DNA from: an uncultured Holophaga sp.
GTDB taxonomy: Bacteria > Acidobacteriota > Holophagae > Holophagales > Holophagaceae
NCBI GenBank assembly: GCA_963664825.1
Contig: OY761614.1
Span: forward strand, 1,952,001-2,016,000
Direction of reading: 5' to 3'
DNA: 64,000 nt
The notes under the pieces were generated by a model. That model had not been told where the DNA came from, ran no database searches, and saw nothing but the letters and a program-made list of their open reading frames with translations. The first letter of the stretch is position 1, and every line of letters begins with the position of its first letter. Positions 19,120-27,863 of the stretch are shown here, one piece after another. The translations under genes were made by a program, and so were the position numbers.

Positions 19120-20763
19120 CTACTCCCGGTTGTTCGTGTACTTCGTGATGAGCTTTTCCCGCAGCCGGATGTAGAGGCCCGGCACCTGTTTCTGGATCCC
19201 GACGCAGAATTCGGTGAGGAATTTTTTCGCGGCCGCCGGGTCCTTGCGATGCAGCTCCAGGGCCTCGGCCTCCAGGGCGGGCAGCCGCTCCTGGATGCTC
19301 CGCTCGAAGGGATCCCGGGCCTCGCGCACATCCCGGATGGCGTCCTGGAAGCGCAGGTTGGCCAGGTTGTCCACGAAGTCGATGGTCCATCGCGCGCTGG
19401 CGTCGCTGTAGGCCTCGGGATCATAGATCTGGTAGCTGGGAGCCGTGTCCGTGACGCCCGCATACATGGGCACGTAGGGGCTGATGGCCGGGTTGTCCAA
19501 GTAGACCCAGTAGAGGCCTCCGATGCTGTCGGGCAGCCAGCCCCGCAGCTGGCAGACCATGCCGTAGTGGTCGCGATGGCGAGCCACCGGTCGGCGGTAG
19601 GTGATCTTGAGGAGGGCCCTCAGGTCCTTGCCGGGAAAGGGCGTGGCCAGGGGGCTTCGCGTCAGGCCACCCTTGGCATCCGCGACCTGCCAGGCGGGGT
19701 CCGAGGCCATATCGTAGATGCTGCCTTCCATGGTGGAGCGCTGGAAGGCGATGACATCCTGCACGGAGATCTTCTTCTCGGGTCTGAGGGAGAAGGGATA
19801 GATGGCGAGGGGTTCCACCGTCTGGAAGTAGGGACTGATGCCCTTGAGGGGCTCGGTTGGGTTGAGCCTGCGATCGGGCCAGGGGTGGCCGTTGGGCTTG
19901 AGGTTCGGCGCGAAGGTGGTGGCGAAGAGCCAGAAACGGCCCGTGGCGAATTCCTCGGGCAGGGGCGTGTAGGCGTCCTGCCAGATGAAGGGACGTCCCG
20001 CTTTGGGGTCGAACCAGCCCCGGTCAATGGCCTCCTGCTGGTAGTTCTTGGAGACGAGGAAGCGGGAGGCATCCTTCGGATCGATGCCCTTGATGATGCT
20101 CCAGTTGGGGATGAGCAGGGCTTCGTCATCGGGAATGCGCTGGGCGGCCCAGATGGCGCCGGGCTTGCCCCCGGCCTTCTTCCAGCCTGGTCCCACCGAG
20201 AAGACCTCGAAGACCCAGGCCTCCTCGGTGTCGCCGATGACGAGGGATTCCGAACCATCCGGAGAGGGGAGGAAGCCGTAGGTCTCCATGAGCTGGCCCA
20301 CGAGGCGGACCGCATCCTTGGCCTTGCGGCAGCGCTGGAGGGCGAAGACCTGGGCCTGTTCGATGGTCATGATCTGTTCGCCCGCGCCCTTGGCCACGGC
20401 GAGCTCGGGGCGCTGGCTCGTGGTGCTCTCGACGATGGCGAGCTGGTACTCGTTCATGTGGGAATAGGCGGACTGGAAGTAGGTGTAGGTTCGGGCTACC
20501 TGGGGTATGTAGCCGAGGATCTCCCCGGGACTGGCCAGGGGCCGGGAGGGATCCTGGAGGCCCCAGCCCACGGGAGCCTTCTCGCCGGCCCCGAAGGCAC
20601 GCCCTGGCACGACCCGAATGCGCGAATCGGGGCCACAGTCCGTGTGGGAGAGAATCACGGAGCCGTCCACCGTGGCCTTCTTGCCCGCGGCGATGACGGT
20701 GCAGGGCTGCAGGGTGAGGGACGCCACCAGCCATGTGAAGAGGATTACCAGGGGCTTTTTCAT
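19120..20763 (-). CDS. Secreted C69 family dipeptidase
   Basis: Signal peptide followed directly by CTVIAAGKKATVDGSVILSH; MNEYQLAIVEST; WAAQRIPDD. Confidence 0.88.
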   Translation of the reverse strand: MKKPLVILFTWLVASLTLQPCTVIAAGKKATVDGSVILSHTDCGPDSRIRVVPGRAFGAGEKAPVGWGLQDPSRPLASPGEILGYIPQVARTYTYFQSAYSHMNEYQLAIVESTTSQRPELAVAKGAGEQIMTIEQAQVFALQRCRKAKDAVRLVGQLMETYGFLPSPDGSESLVIGDTEEAWVFEVFSVGPGWKKAGGKPGAIWAAQRIPDDEALLIPNWSIIKGIDPKDASRFLVSKNYQQEAIDRGWFDPKAGRPFIWQDAYTPLPEEFATGRFWLFATTFAPNLKPNGHPWPDRRLNPTEPLKGISPYFQTVEPLAIYPFSLRPEKKISVQDVIAFQRSTMEGSIYDMASDPAWQVADAKGGLTRSPLATPFPGKDLRALLKITYRRPVARHRDHYGMVCQLRGWLPDSIGGLYWVYLDNPAISPYVPMYAGVTDTAPSYQIYDPEAYSDASARWTIDFVDNLANLRFQDAIRDVREARDPFERSIQERLPALEAEALELHRKDPAAAKKFLTEFCVGIQKQVPGLYIRLREKLITKYTNNRE

Positions 20764-20839
20764 GGGGTTCACCAAGTTCTTTTGGGTTCCAGGGCTGCGA
20801 AGGGGAAGTCTCCCACGGACCAGGGCTTCTAATGAAACA

Positions 20840-20876
20840 TTGTCCACAAATTTGCGGAACTGATATATTAGATATC
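20840..20876 (+). promoter_or_regulatory. Putative pepP-hypD operon promoter with overlapping palindromic operator
   Basis: TTGTCC-18 bp-TATATT with extended -10 TGn; palindrome GATAT-attag-ATATC (20862-20876) in the AT-rich divergent region. Confidence 0.5.
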
Positions 20877-20898
20877 CAGAGTTTTTTGGAGGAGCCCC

Positions 20899-22287
20899 AT
20901 GTTTCCGAGCCAAACCTACCTGGAACGCCGCGCGCGCCTGCGGGCCCAGATGCAGGGCCAGAAGGGCCTCCTGCTCTTCCTGGGCAACGAGGATTCGCCC
21001 ATGAACTATGGGGACAACTGCTTCCATTTCCGCCAGGACAGCAGCTTCCTCTATTTCCTGGGGGTGGACCAGCCGGGCTGGGCGGGCCTCCTGGATCTGG
21101 ACGCGGGCACCACGACCCTCTTCGCCGAGGATCTCTCTCTGGATGCCATCGTGTGGATGGGGCCCCAGCCCACGGTGGCCGAACGGGCCTCCCGGGCGGG
21201 CATCCTGGATACGGCTCCGGCGGCCCGACTGGAGGAGATCCTGGCCCAGGCCAAGGCTCAAGGCCGGCCCATCCACTTCCTGCCCCCCTACCGCCCCGAG
21301 AACCGCCTGCGCCTGCTGGATCTCCTGGGCATTCCTCCGGCCGCCCAGGCCTCCCGGGCTTCGCTGGCCTTCCTCCAAGCCGTCATCGCCCTGCGCGTCC
21401 ACAAGGGCCCAGAAGAGGTGCTCGAGATCGAGAAGGCCGTGGGCACTTCCCTGGAGATGCACTTGGCCGCCATGCGCATGGCCCGCCCAGGCCTGAAGGA
21501 ATCCGATATCGCCGCCCGGGTCTCGGAGATCGCCCAGGCCGCCGGGGGGCAGATCGCCTTCCCCGTCATCGCCACCGTGCATGGGGAGACGCTGCACAAC
21601 CACTTCCATGGCCATGGCCTGGAACCGGGCCAGCTCTTTCTCCTGGATGCGGGGGCCGAAGGGGAATCCCACTATGCCGGGGACCTCACGAGCACCTTCC
21701 CCGTGGACCCCACCTTCCCGTCCCGCCAGCGCGACGTCTACGAGATCGTCCTGGCCGCCCATCTGGCGGCCGTGGGCGCCCTGAAGCCGGGCGTTAACTT
21801 CCGCGACGTGCATCTCCTGGCCTGCCGCACCCTGGCCGAAGGACTCAAGGGCCTCGGGCTCATGAAGGGGGATCTGGATGAGGCCGTGGCCCTGGGCGCC
21901 CACGCCATGTTCTTCCAGTGCGGCCTGGGCCACATGATGGGCCTGGATGTCCACGATATGGAGGATCTGGGCGAAGTATGGGTGGGCTACGAAGGGCAGG
22001 CCAAGAGCACCCAGTTCGGCCTGAAATCCCTGAGGCTGGCCCGGGCACTGGAGCCGGGCTTCGTCTTCACGGTGGAACCCGGCCTCTACTTCATTCCCGA
22101 ATTGATGGATCGCTGGAAGGCCGAAGGGAAGTTCCTGGATTTCATCGACTACGAGCGGCTCCAGGCCTACCGAACTTTCGGTGGCATCCGCATCGAAGAG
22201 GACTTCCTGGTGACCTCCGAAGGCGCGCGCATGCTGGGGCCCCGCAAGCCCCGCAGCGCCGCCGAGGTGGAGGCTCTCCGTGGGTGA
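20899..22287 (+). CDS. pepP: Xaa-Pro aminopeptidase (M24B)
   Basis: FRQDSSFLYF, LHN, LLDAG, YAGDLT, GLGHMMGLDVHD, FTVEPGLYF, GGIRIEED. Confidence 0.92.
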   Translation: MFPSQTYLERRARLRAQMQGQKGLLLFLGNEDSPMNYGDNCFHFRQDSSFLYFLGVDQPGWAGLLDLDAGTTTLFAEDLSLDAIVWMGPQPTVAERASRAGILDTAPAARLEEILAQAKAQGRPIHFLPPYRPENRLRLLDLLGIPPAAQASRASLAFLQAVIALRVHKGPEEVLEIEKAVGTSLEMHLAAMRMARPGLKESDIAARVSEIAQAAGGQIAFPVIATVHGETLHNHFHGHGLEPGQLFLLDAGAEGESHYAGDLTSTFPVDPTFPSRQRDVYEIVLAAHLAAVGALKPGVNFRDVHLLACRTLAEGLKGLGLMKGDLDEAVALGAHAMFFQCGLGHMMGLDVHDMEDLGEVWVGYEGQAKSTQFGLKSLRLARALEPGFVFTVEPGLYFIPELMDRWKAEGKFLDFIDYERLQAYRTFGGIRIEEDFLVTSEGARMLGPRKPRSAAEVEALRG

Positions 22288-23179
22288 AGGGATCCCAGCC
22301 CGGCCCGGGGAATGCGCTGGCCTCGTCTTCCATATCCAGCGCTTCTCCCTGCAGGATGGGCCGGGACTGCGCACGACGGTCTTCCTCAAGGGATGTCCCC
22401 TGGCCTGCGCCTGGTGTCACAACCCGGAGAGCCAATCCCCCGTTCCCGAACTGCTGACGCTAGAAGGCCGCTGCATCCATTGCGGAGCCTGCACGGCGGC
22501 CTGCGGGAATGCTCCCTGCCAACTCTGCGGCGCCTGCGTGGAGGCCTGTCCCACGGGGGCCCGGCGGATGGTGGGCCGCAAGATGGGAGGGGAGGAAGTC
22601 CTGAAGGAAGCCCTGCGGGACCGCATCTTCTTCGATCAATCCGGCGGCGGCGTGACCTTCTCGGGAGGCGAGCCCCTGATGCAGGCGGACTTCGTATGCG
22701 AAATGGCCGAGGCCCTGAAGGCCTGCGGCGTGCATACGGCCCTGGACACCTGTGGCTTCGCAAGCGAGGAGGATCTGCTGAGGGTGGCTGCCCGGGTGGA
22801 TCTGGTGCTCTTCGACCTGAAGCTCATGGACGAGGCCCGGAACCGGGAGGCCACTGGGGCCTCGAACGCGCCCATCCTGGCCAATCTGGAGGCCCTCTCC
22901 AGGGTCCATTCCGCCATCTGGATCCGCGTGCCGATCATCCCCGGTCTCAATGATGACGACGACAACCTGGAGGCCACGGCCCTCCTGGCGGCCAAGACGC
23001 CCGGCGTCCGGCGGATGGATCTGCTCCCCTATCACGCCACCGGCGCCGTGAAGTTCGCTCGCCTCGGCAAGACCTATGCCCTGGACTCGGTGGAGCCACC
23101 CTCCCCCGGGCGCATGGAAGAGATCGCGCGGCGCTTCCGCGCCCATGGCATCGACGTGAACCTCGGAGGCCGCTCATGA
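22280..23179 (+). CDS. Glycyl-radical enzyme activating enzyme (HypD activase)
   Basis: DGPGLRTTVFLKGCPLACAWCHNPE; two ferredoxin-type Cys clusters; GGVTFSGGEP; ATGA overlap with GRE. Confidence 0.95.
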   Translation: MGEGIPARPGECAGLVFHIQRFSLQDGPGLRTTVFLKGCPLACAWCHNPESQSPVPELLTLEGRCIHCGACTAACGNAPCQLCGACVEACPTGARRMVGRKMGGEEVLKEALRDRIFFDQSGGGVTFSGGEPLMQADFVCEMAEALKACGVHTALDTCGFASEEDLLRVAARVDLVLFDLKLMDEARNREATGASNAPILANLEALSRVHSAIWIRVPIIPGLNDDDDNLEATALLAAKTPGVRRMDLLPYHATGAVKFARLGKTYALDSVEPPSPGRMEEIARRFRAHGIDVNLGGRS

Positions 23180-25536
23180 ACCCACGCACTTTCCAGCTGC
23201 GCCAGGAGAGCCTGGACGCCGTTCCCACCCTCAGCCTGGAGCGGGCCCAGTTGATGACTGCCTTCTACAAGGAACACCTGGGCCGCCATTCCGTGCCCGT
23301 GATGCGGGCCCTGGCCTTCCACCATCTCTGCGAGCACAAGACGCTCTGGATGGGCGAAGGGGAGCTGATCGTGGGCGAGCGGGGGCCCAGGCCCAAGGCC
23401 GTGCCCACCTATCCCGAACTCACCTGCCACAGCGTGGAGGATCTGCGCATCCTGGATTCGCGTTCCAAGACCAGCTACAGAGTAAACGCCGCGATGATCG
23501 AGGCCTACGAGAAGGAGATCATCCCCTACTGGCGGGGGCGGAGCATGAGGGACCAGATATTTCAGGAGCTCTCTCCTGAATGGCAGACGGCCTACCACGC
23601 GGGCGTCTTCACGGAGTTCATGGAACAGCGCGCCCCGGGCCACACGGTGCTGGATGGCAAGATCTACGGCAAGGGCATGCGGGATTTCCTGGTCGATATC
23701 GCCCGCTCGGAAGCGGCCCTGGATTTTGAGCGGGCCCCGGAGGCCCTGGATAAGCGCGAGCAGCTGAAGGCCATGGAGATCGCCTGCGTGGCCCTCATCC
23801 GCTTCGCTGAGCGCCATGCGGAGCTGGCGGAAACACTGGCCCTGGCTTCAGATGATCCTGCACGACAGGAGGAATTGCGCCGCATCGCAGCGACCTGTCG
23901 CCGCGTGCCCGCCCACGCGCCTCGGGACTTCCAGGAGGCGCTGCAGTACTACTGGTTCTGCCACCTGGGGGTGATCACCGAACTCAACGGCTGGGACGCC
24001 TTCAGCCCGGGCCACCTGGACCAGCACCTCTGGCCCTTCTACCAGCGGGGTCTCCAAGACGGCACGCTCAGTCGGGAGAAGGCCAAGGAGCTGCTGGAGT
24101 GCTTCTTCGTGAAGTTCAATAATCACACGGCCCCCCCCAAGGTGGGCGTCACGGCGGCCGAGAGCGGCACCTACACGGACTTCGCCAACCTCAACCTAGG
24201 GGGGCTTCGGCCGGATGGTTCGGATGGCAGCAACGATGTGACGCACCTCCTGCTGGAGATCATCGACGAGATGCATCTGCTCCAGCCCAGCAGCAATGTG
24301 CAGGTCTCCCGCAAGACGCCGGACGCCGTGCTGAAGCACGCCCTGCGCGTGATCCGGAAGGGCTACGGATTCCCCTCCCTCTTCAACGCCGATTCGGTGG
24401 TGGAGGAACAGCTCCGTCAGGGCAAGACCCTGGAGGACGCCCGGGAGGGCGGCTGTTCGGGATGTGTGGAGGTGGGAGCCTTCGGCAAGGAGGCCTACAT
24501 CCTCACGGGCTACTTCAATTTGGTGAAGATGCTCGAACTGGCCCTCCACGATGGCGTGGATCCCCGCACAGGCAAGCAGCTGGGGCCCCGCACGGGCGCG
24601 GCCTCGGAACTTGGGGACTTCGACGCCCTCTTCAAGGCCTTCGAGGCGCAGACTCGGCATTTTCTGGATATCAAGATCCGGGGCAACCAGCTCATCGAGC
24701 GCCTCTTCGCCACCCGCATGCCCGTGCCCTTCCTATCGGTCCTCACCGACGACTGCATCGCCAAGGGCCGGGATTACAACGCGGGCGGGGCGAGGTACAA
24801 CAACACCTTCATCCAGGCCGTGGGCATCGGCAGCCTGGCCGATAGCCTTTCGGCCCTCCAGGAACTGGTCTTCGAGCAGGGGGCCCTCGATCTACCCGGA
24901 ATGGTGCAGGCTCTCGATGCGGATTTCGCGGAACGCGAAATCCTGCGCCAGCGCCTCCTCAACAAGACCCACAAATACGGCAACGACGACGACTACGCCG
25001 ACGACCTGATGCTGCGGGCCTTCCACTTCCTCTTCGAGAATATCGATGACCGTCCCAACGGCAAGGGGGGCGCCTACCGGCTGGAGATGCTGCCCACCAC
25101 ATGCCATGTCTACTTCGGCCAGGTGTGCCAGGCCTCCTCCGATGGCCGGAAGGCCGGCGAGCCCCTCTCGGAAGGCATCAGCCCCGTGCAGGGGGCCGAT
25201 CGCTGCGGTCCCACGGCCGTGCTGCAATCCGCCGGGAAGATGGATCACGTGAAGACCGGCGGGACGCTGTTGAACATGAAGTTCACGCCGGGACTCCTGG
25301 AGGGAGACGCGGGCATCGAGGGCCTGCATCATCTGGTGCGGACCTATTTCAAGCTGGATGGCCACCACGTGCAGTTCAACGTGGTCAGCGTAGGCACCCT
25401 GCGGGAGGCCCAGGCCCACCCCGAGGCCCACCGGGATCTCATCGTGCGCGTGGCGGGCTATTCGGATTACTTCCTGGATTGCTCCCTGGAACTCCAGAAG
25501 GAGATCATCCACCGCACCGAACACCATGCTTTCTAG
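23176..25536 (+). CDS. hypD: trans-4-hydroxy-L-proline dehydratase (glycyl radical enzyme)
   Basis: Gly loop VRVAGYSDYF; Cys loop SGCVE; HypD-type motifs EQRAPGHT, WDAFSPG, ESGTYTDF, EAYILTGY, MLPTTCH. Confidence 0.92.
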   Translation: MNPRTFQLRQESLDAVPTLSLERAQLMTAFYKEHLGRHSVPVMRALAFHHLCEHKTLWMGEGELIVGERGPRPKAVPTYPELTCHSVEDLRILDSRSKTSYRVNAAMIEAYEKEIIPYWRGRSMRDQIFQELSPEWQTAYHAGVFTEFMEQRAPGHTVLDGKIYGKGMRDFLVDIARSEAALDFERAPEALDKREQLKAMEIACVALIRFAERHAELAETLALASDDPARQEELRRIAATCRRVPAHAPRDFQEALQYYWFCHLGVITELNGWDAFSPGHLDQHLWPFYQRGLQDGTLSREKAKELLECFFVKFNNHTAPPKVGVTAAESGTYTDFANLNLGGLRPDGSDGSNDVTHLLLEIIDEMHLLQPSSNVQVSRKTPDAVLKHALRVIRKGYGFPSLFNADSVVEEQLRQGKTLEDAREGGCSGCVEVGAFGKEAYILTGYFNLVKMLELALHDGVDPRTGKQLGPRTGAASELGDFDALFKAFEAQTRHFLDIKIRGNQLIERLFATRMPVPFLSVLTDDCIAKGRDYNAGGARYNNTFIQAVGIGSLADSLSALQELVFEQGALDLPGMVQALDADFAEREILRQRLLNKTHKYGNDDDYADDLMLRAFHFLFENIDDRPNGKGGAYRLEMLPTTCHVYFGQVCQASSDGRKAGEPLSEGISPVQGADRCGPTAVLQSAGKMDHVKTGGTLLNMKFTPGLLEGDAGIEGLHHLVRTYFKLDGHHVQFNVVSVGTLREAQAHPEAHRDLIVRVAGYSDYFLDCSLELQKEIIHRTEHHAF

Positions 25537-27844
25537 CGCCATCCTAGCGGCGGGCCTCCTCGTCCCTTCGCTTCCCGCCATTCCTGAGGTCGCGAGGCCC
25601 CTGCCGCTCTCCGCTGTGCGGGTCACGGGAGGTCCCCTGAAACGGGCCCAGGACCTGGATGCTGCCTACCTCCTGAAGCTAGAGCCCGATCGCATGCTCG
25701 CCCTCTTTCGCCAGGAGGCGGGCCTCAAGCCCCGCGCTCTCCCCTACGGCGGATGGGACGGTCCCGGCAAGAACCTCACGGGCCACATCCTCGGTCACTA
25801 CCTTTCGGCCGTGAGCTTCATGGGGGAGGCCACCGGTGATCCCCGTTTCAAGGCCCGTGCGGATTACATCCTGAAGGAACTCAAGGAGGTCCAGGAGACC
25901 CAGGGGGATGGCTACCTGGGCGCACTGGAACATGGCAAGGAGGCTTTCTGGGCCCTGGCGAAGGGGGACATCCGCACCACAGGCTTCGATCTGAACGGGC
26001 TGTGGTCTCCCTGGTACGTGCTGCACAAAGTTTTTGCAGGACTCCGGGATGCCCATCGGCACGGGGGCAGCCCCCTGGCCCTGCAACTGGAGACGAACTT
26101 CGCTGCCTGGACGGAGGGAATCCTCTCTGGTCTCTCTCCCTCCCAGATCCAGTCCATGTTGGCGACCGAGTTCGGCGGCATGGGTGAAGTGCTGGTCGAC
26201 CTCTATGCGGATACGGGGAACCCCCGTTGGCTGGTCCTTTCACGCAAGTTCGAGCACAGCGCCGTGCTCGATCCCTTGAAAAGGCACCAGGACAGGCTCG
26301 CCGGACTGCATGGCAACACCCAGGTGCCCAAGCTCCTGGGGAACCTGGCGCGGTACGCCTGTGTGGGCGACACCGGCGACGGATTCGCGGCGGGATTCTT
26401 CTGGGACACGGTGGTCCAGCGCCACACCTGGGCCACGGGGGGACACGGACGGAACGAGTATTTCTTCGACCCAGGCAGGATGTCGGAGAACGTGGAGGGG
26501 CGCACGGCCGAGACTTGCAATGTCTACAACATGCTCAAGATGGCTCGGAGGCTCTTCGCGCTGCGCCGGGATGCGCCCTACGCGGAGTTCCAGGAACGGG
26601 CCCTCTTCAACCACATCCTGGCCTCCATGGATCCCATGGACGGGCGCACCTGCTACATGGTGCCCGTGGGGAGCGGAGTGCAACACGAATACCAGGACAT
26701 GGATAAGGACTTCACCTGCTGCGTGGGATCGGGCATGGAGAGCCACGCCCTGCACGGCGCTGGCATCTACCATGAGTCCGGCGACCGACTGTGGGTGAAC
26801 CTCTTCGTTCCCTCCACGGCCCGCTGGGAGGCCGCGGGTCTCGATCTTGCCCAGGAGACGGACCTGCCCCTGGGCGATTCCATGCGGTTGAGCCTCACCC
26901 TACGCGAACCCCGCGCCTTCACGCTGGCCCTGCGGCGGCCCGCCTGGGCCCTGGAGGGATTCACCGTGAAGGTCAATGGGGAATCCGTCTCGATCCTCCC
27001 GGCGCCGGGCTCCTACGTGGAACTGGCCCGCACCTGGAAGACGGGAGATCGCGTGGAATTGAGCCTGCCCAAGACCCTGCGCCTGGAGCCCCTAGCGGAT
27101 GATCCGAGCCGTGCGGCCATCCTGTGGGGCCCCCTGGTGCTGGCCGCGGACCTGGGACCCGAAGAGGGCTTCGAGGCATGGCGAGAGGGTGCCGTGCCCG
27201 CGATGGTGGTGCCCGAGGGCATGGCCCCCTGGGCGTGGCTCAGGCCCGTCCTTGGGCAGCCCGGACACTTCCGCACCGGGGGCGCGGGGCGGCCGCGGGA
27301 TGTGGAATTCTCTCCCTTCTTTGCTCTGCATCGCCGTTCCTACTCCGTCTATACCGGAATCTTCACGCCCGGCGCATGGGCGAAGCGCTCCGAATCCCTC
27401 TGCCTCGAGAGGGAACGCCAGGGGAGGCTCCAGGCGGCCACCGTGGCCTTCGTACAGCCGGGTGAGATGCAGCCCGAGCGAGATTTCGGCTTTCGGGGCG
27501 AGGGTCTTGTGCTGGATGAATCCAGGATCCAGGGCCGCGCCTTCCGCCGCAGCAGCAAGTGGTTCTCCTTTACGATGCCCGTGGATTCCTCCCGTCCCAT
27601 GTCGCTGGCCGTGACCTTCCTTCAGGACGAATGGCGCAAACGCACCCTGGATATCCGCGTGGAGGGCCGGAAGATCGGCGAGCAGACCCTGGATCGGGGT
27701 GGCACACCCCGTTTTTTCGATGCGGTCTACGCGATTCCCGAAGAGCTCACCCGTGGCCGGACTTCCGTGACGGTGCGCTTCGAGGCCACCCAGCAGAACG
27801 AGACCCCCGCCGTCTTCGGCGTCCGGACCTTCCGGACCCACTGA
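25526..27844 (+). CDS. Beta-L-arabinofuranosidase, GH127/GH146 type
   Basis: GHILGHYLSA, EFGGM, LHGNTQVPK, GRNEYF, AETCNVYNM, FTCCVGSG (Zn/Cys catalytic set); N-terminal signal-like segment. Confidence 0.9.
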   Translation: MLSSAILAAGLLVPSLPAIPEVARPLPLSAVRVTGGPLKRAQDLDAAYLLKLEPDRMLALFRQEAGLKPRALPYGGWDGPGKNLTGHILGHYLSAVSFMGEATGDPRFKARADYILKELKEVQETQGDGYLGALEHGKEAFWALAKGDIRTTGFDLNGLWSPWYVLHKVFAGLRDAHRHGGSPLALQLETNFAAWTEGILSGLSPSQIQSMLATEFGGMGEVLVDLYADTGNPRWLVLSRKFEHSAVLDPLKRHQDRLAGLHGNTQVPKLLGNLARYACVGDTGDGFAAGFFWDTVVQRHTWATGGHGRNEYFFDPGRMSENVEGRTAETCNVYNMLKMARRLFALRRDAPYAEFQERALFNHILASMDPMDGRTCYMVPVGSGVQHEYQDMDKDFTCCVGSGMESHALHGAGIYHESGDRLWVNLFVPSTARWEAAGLDLAQETDLPLGDSMRLSLTLREPRAFTLALRRPAWALEGFTVKVNGESVSILPAPGSYVELARTWKTGDRVELSLPKTLRLEPLADDPSRAAILWGPLVLAADLGPEEGFEAWREGAVPAMVVPEGMAPWAWLRPVLGQPGHFRTGGAGRPRDVEFSPFFALHRRSYSVYTGIFTPGAWAKRSESLCLERERQGRLQAATVAFVQPGEMQPERDFGFRGEGLVLDESRIQGRAFRRSSKWFSFTMPVDSSRPMSLAVTFLQDEWRKRTLDIRVEGRKIGEQTLDRGGTPRFFDAVYAIPEELTRGRTSVTVRFEATQQNETPAVFGVRTFRTH

Positions 27845-27863
27845 ATCCCTTCCCGGAGAAACC

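Noticed and set aside
20764..22389. N-terminal extension of the 1089-aa ORF suggesting a giant C69 fusion
   Set aside because: Antisense to pepP; a signal peptide and catalytic Cys begin at the ATG at 20763
23176..25536. Calling the glycyl radical enzyme pyruvate formate-lyase or choline TMA-lyase
   Set aside because: Lacks the PFL Cys-Cys pair; has GCVEV rather than the GCVEP of CutC; carries HypD-type motifs
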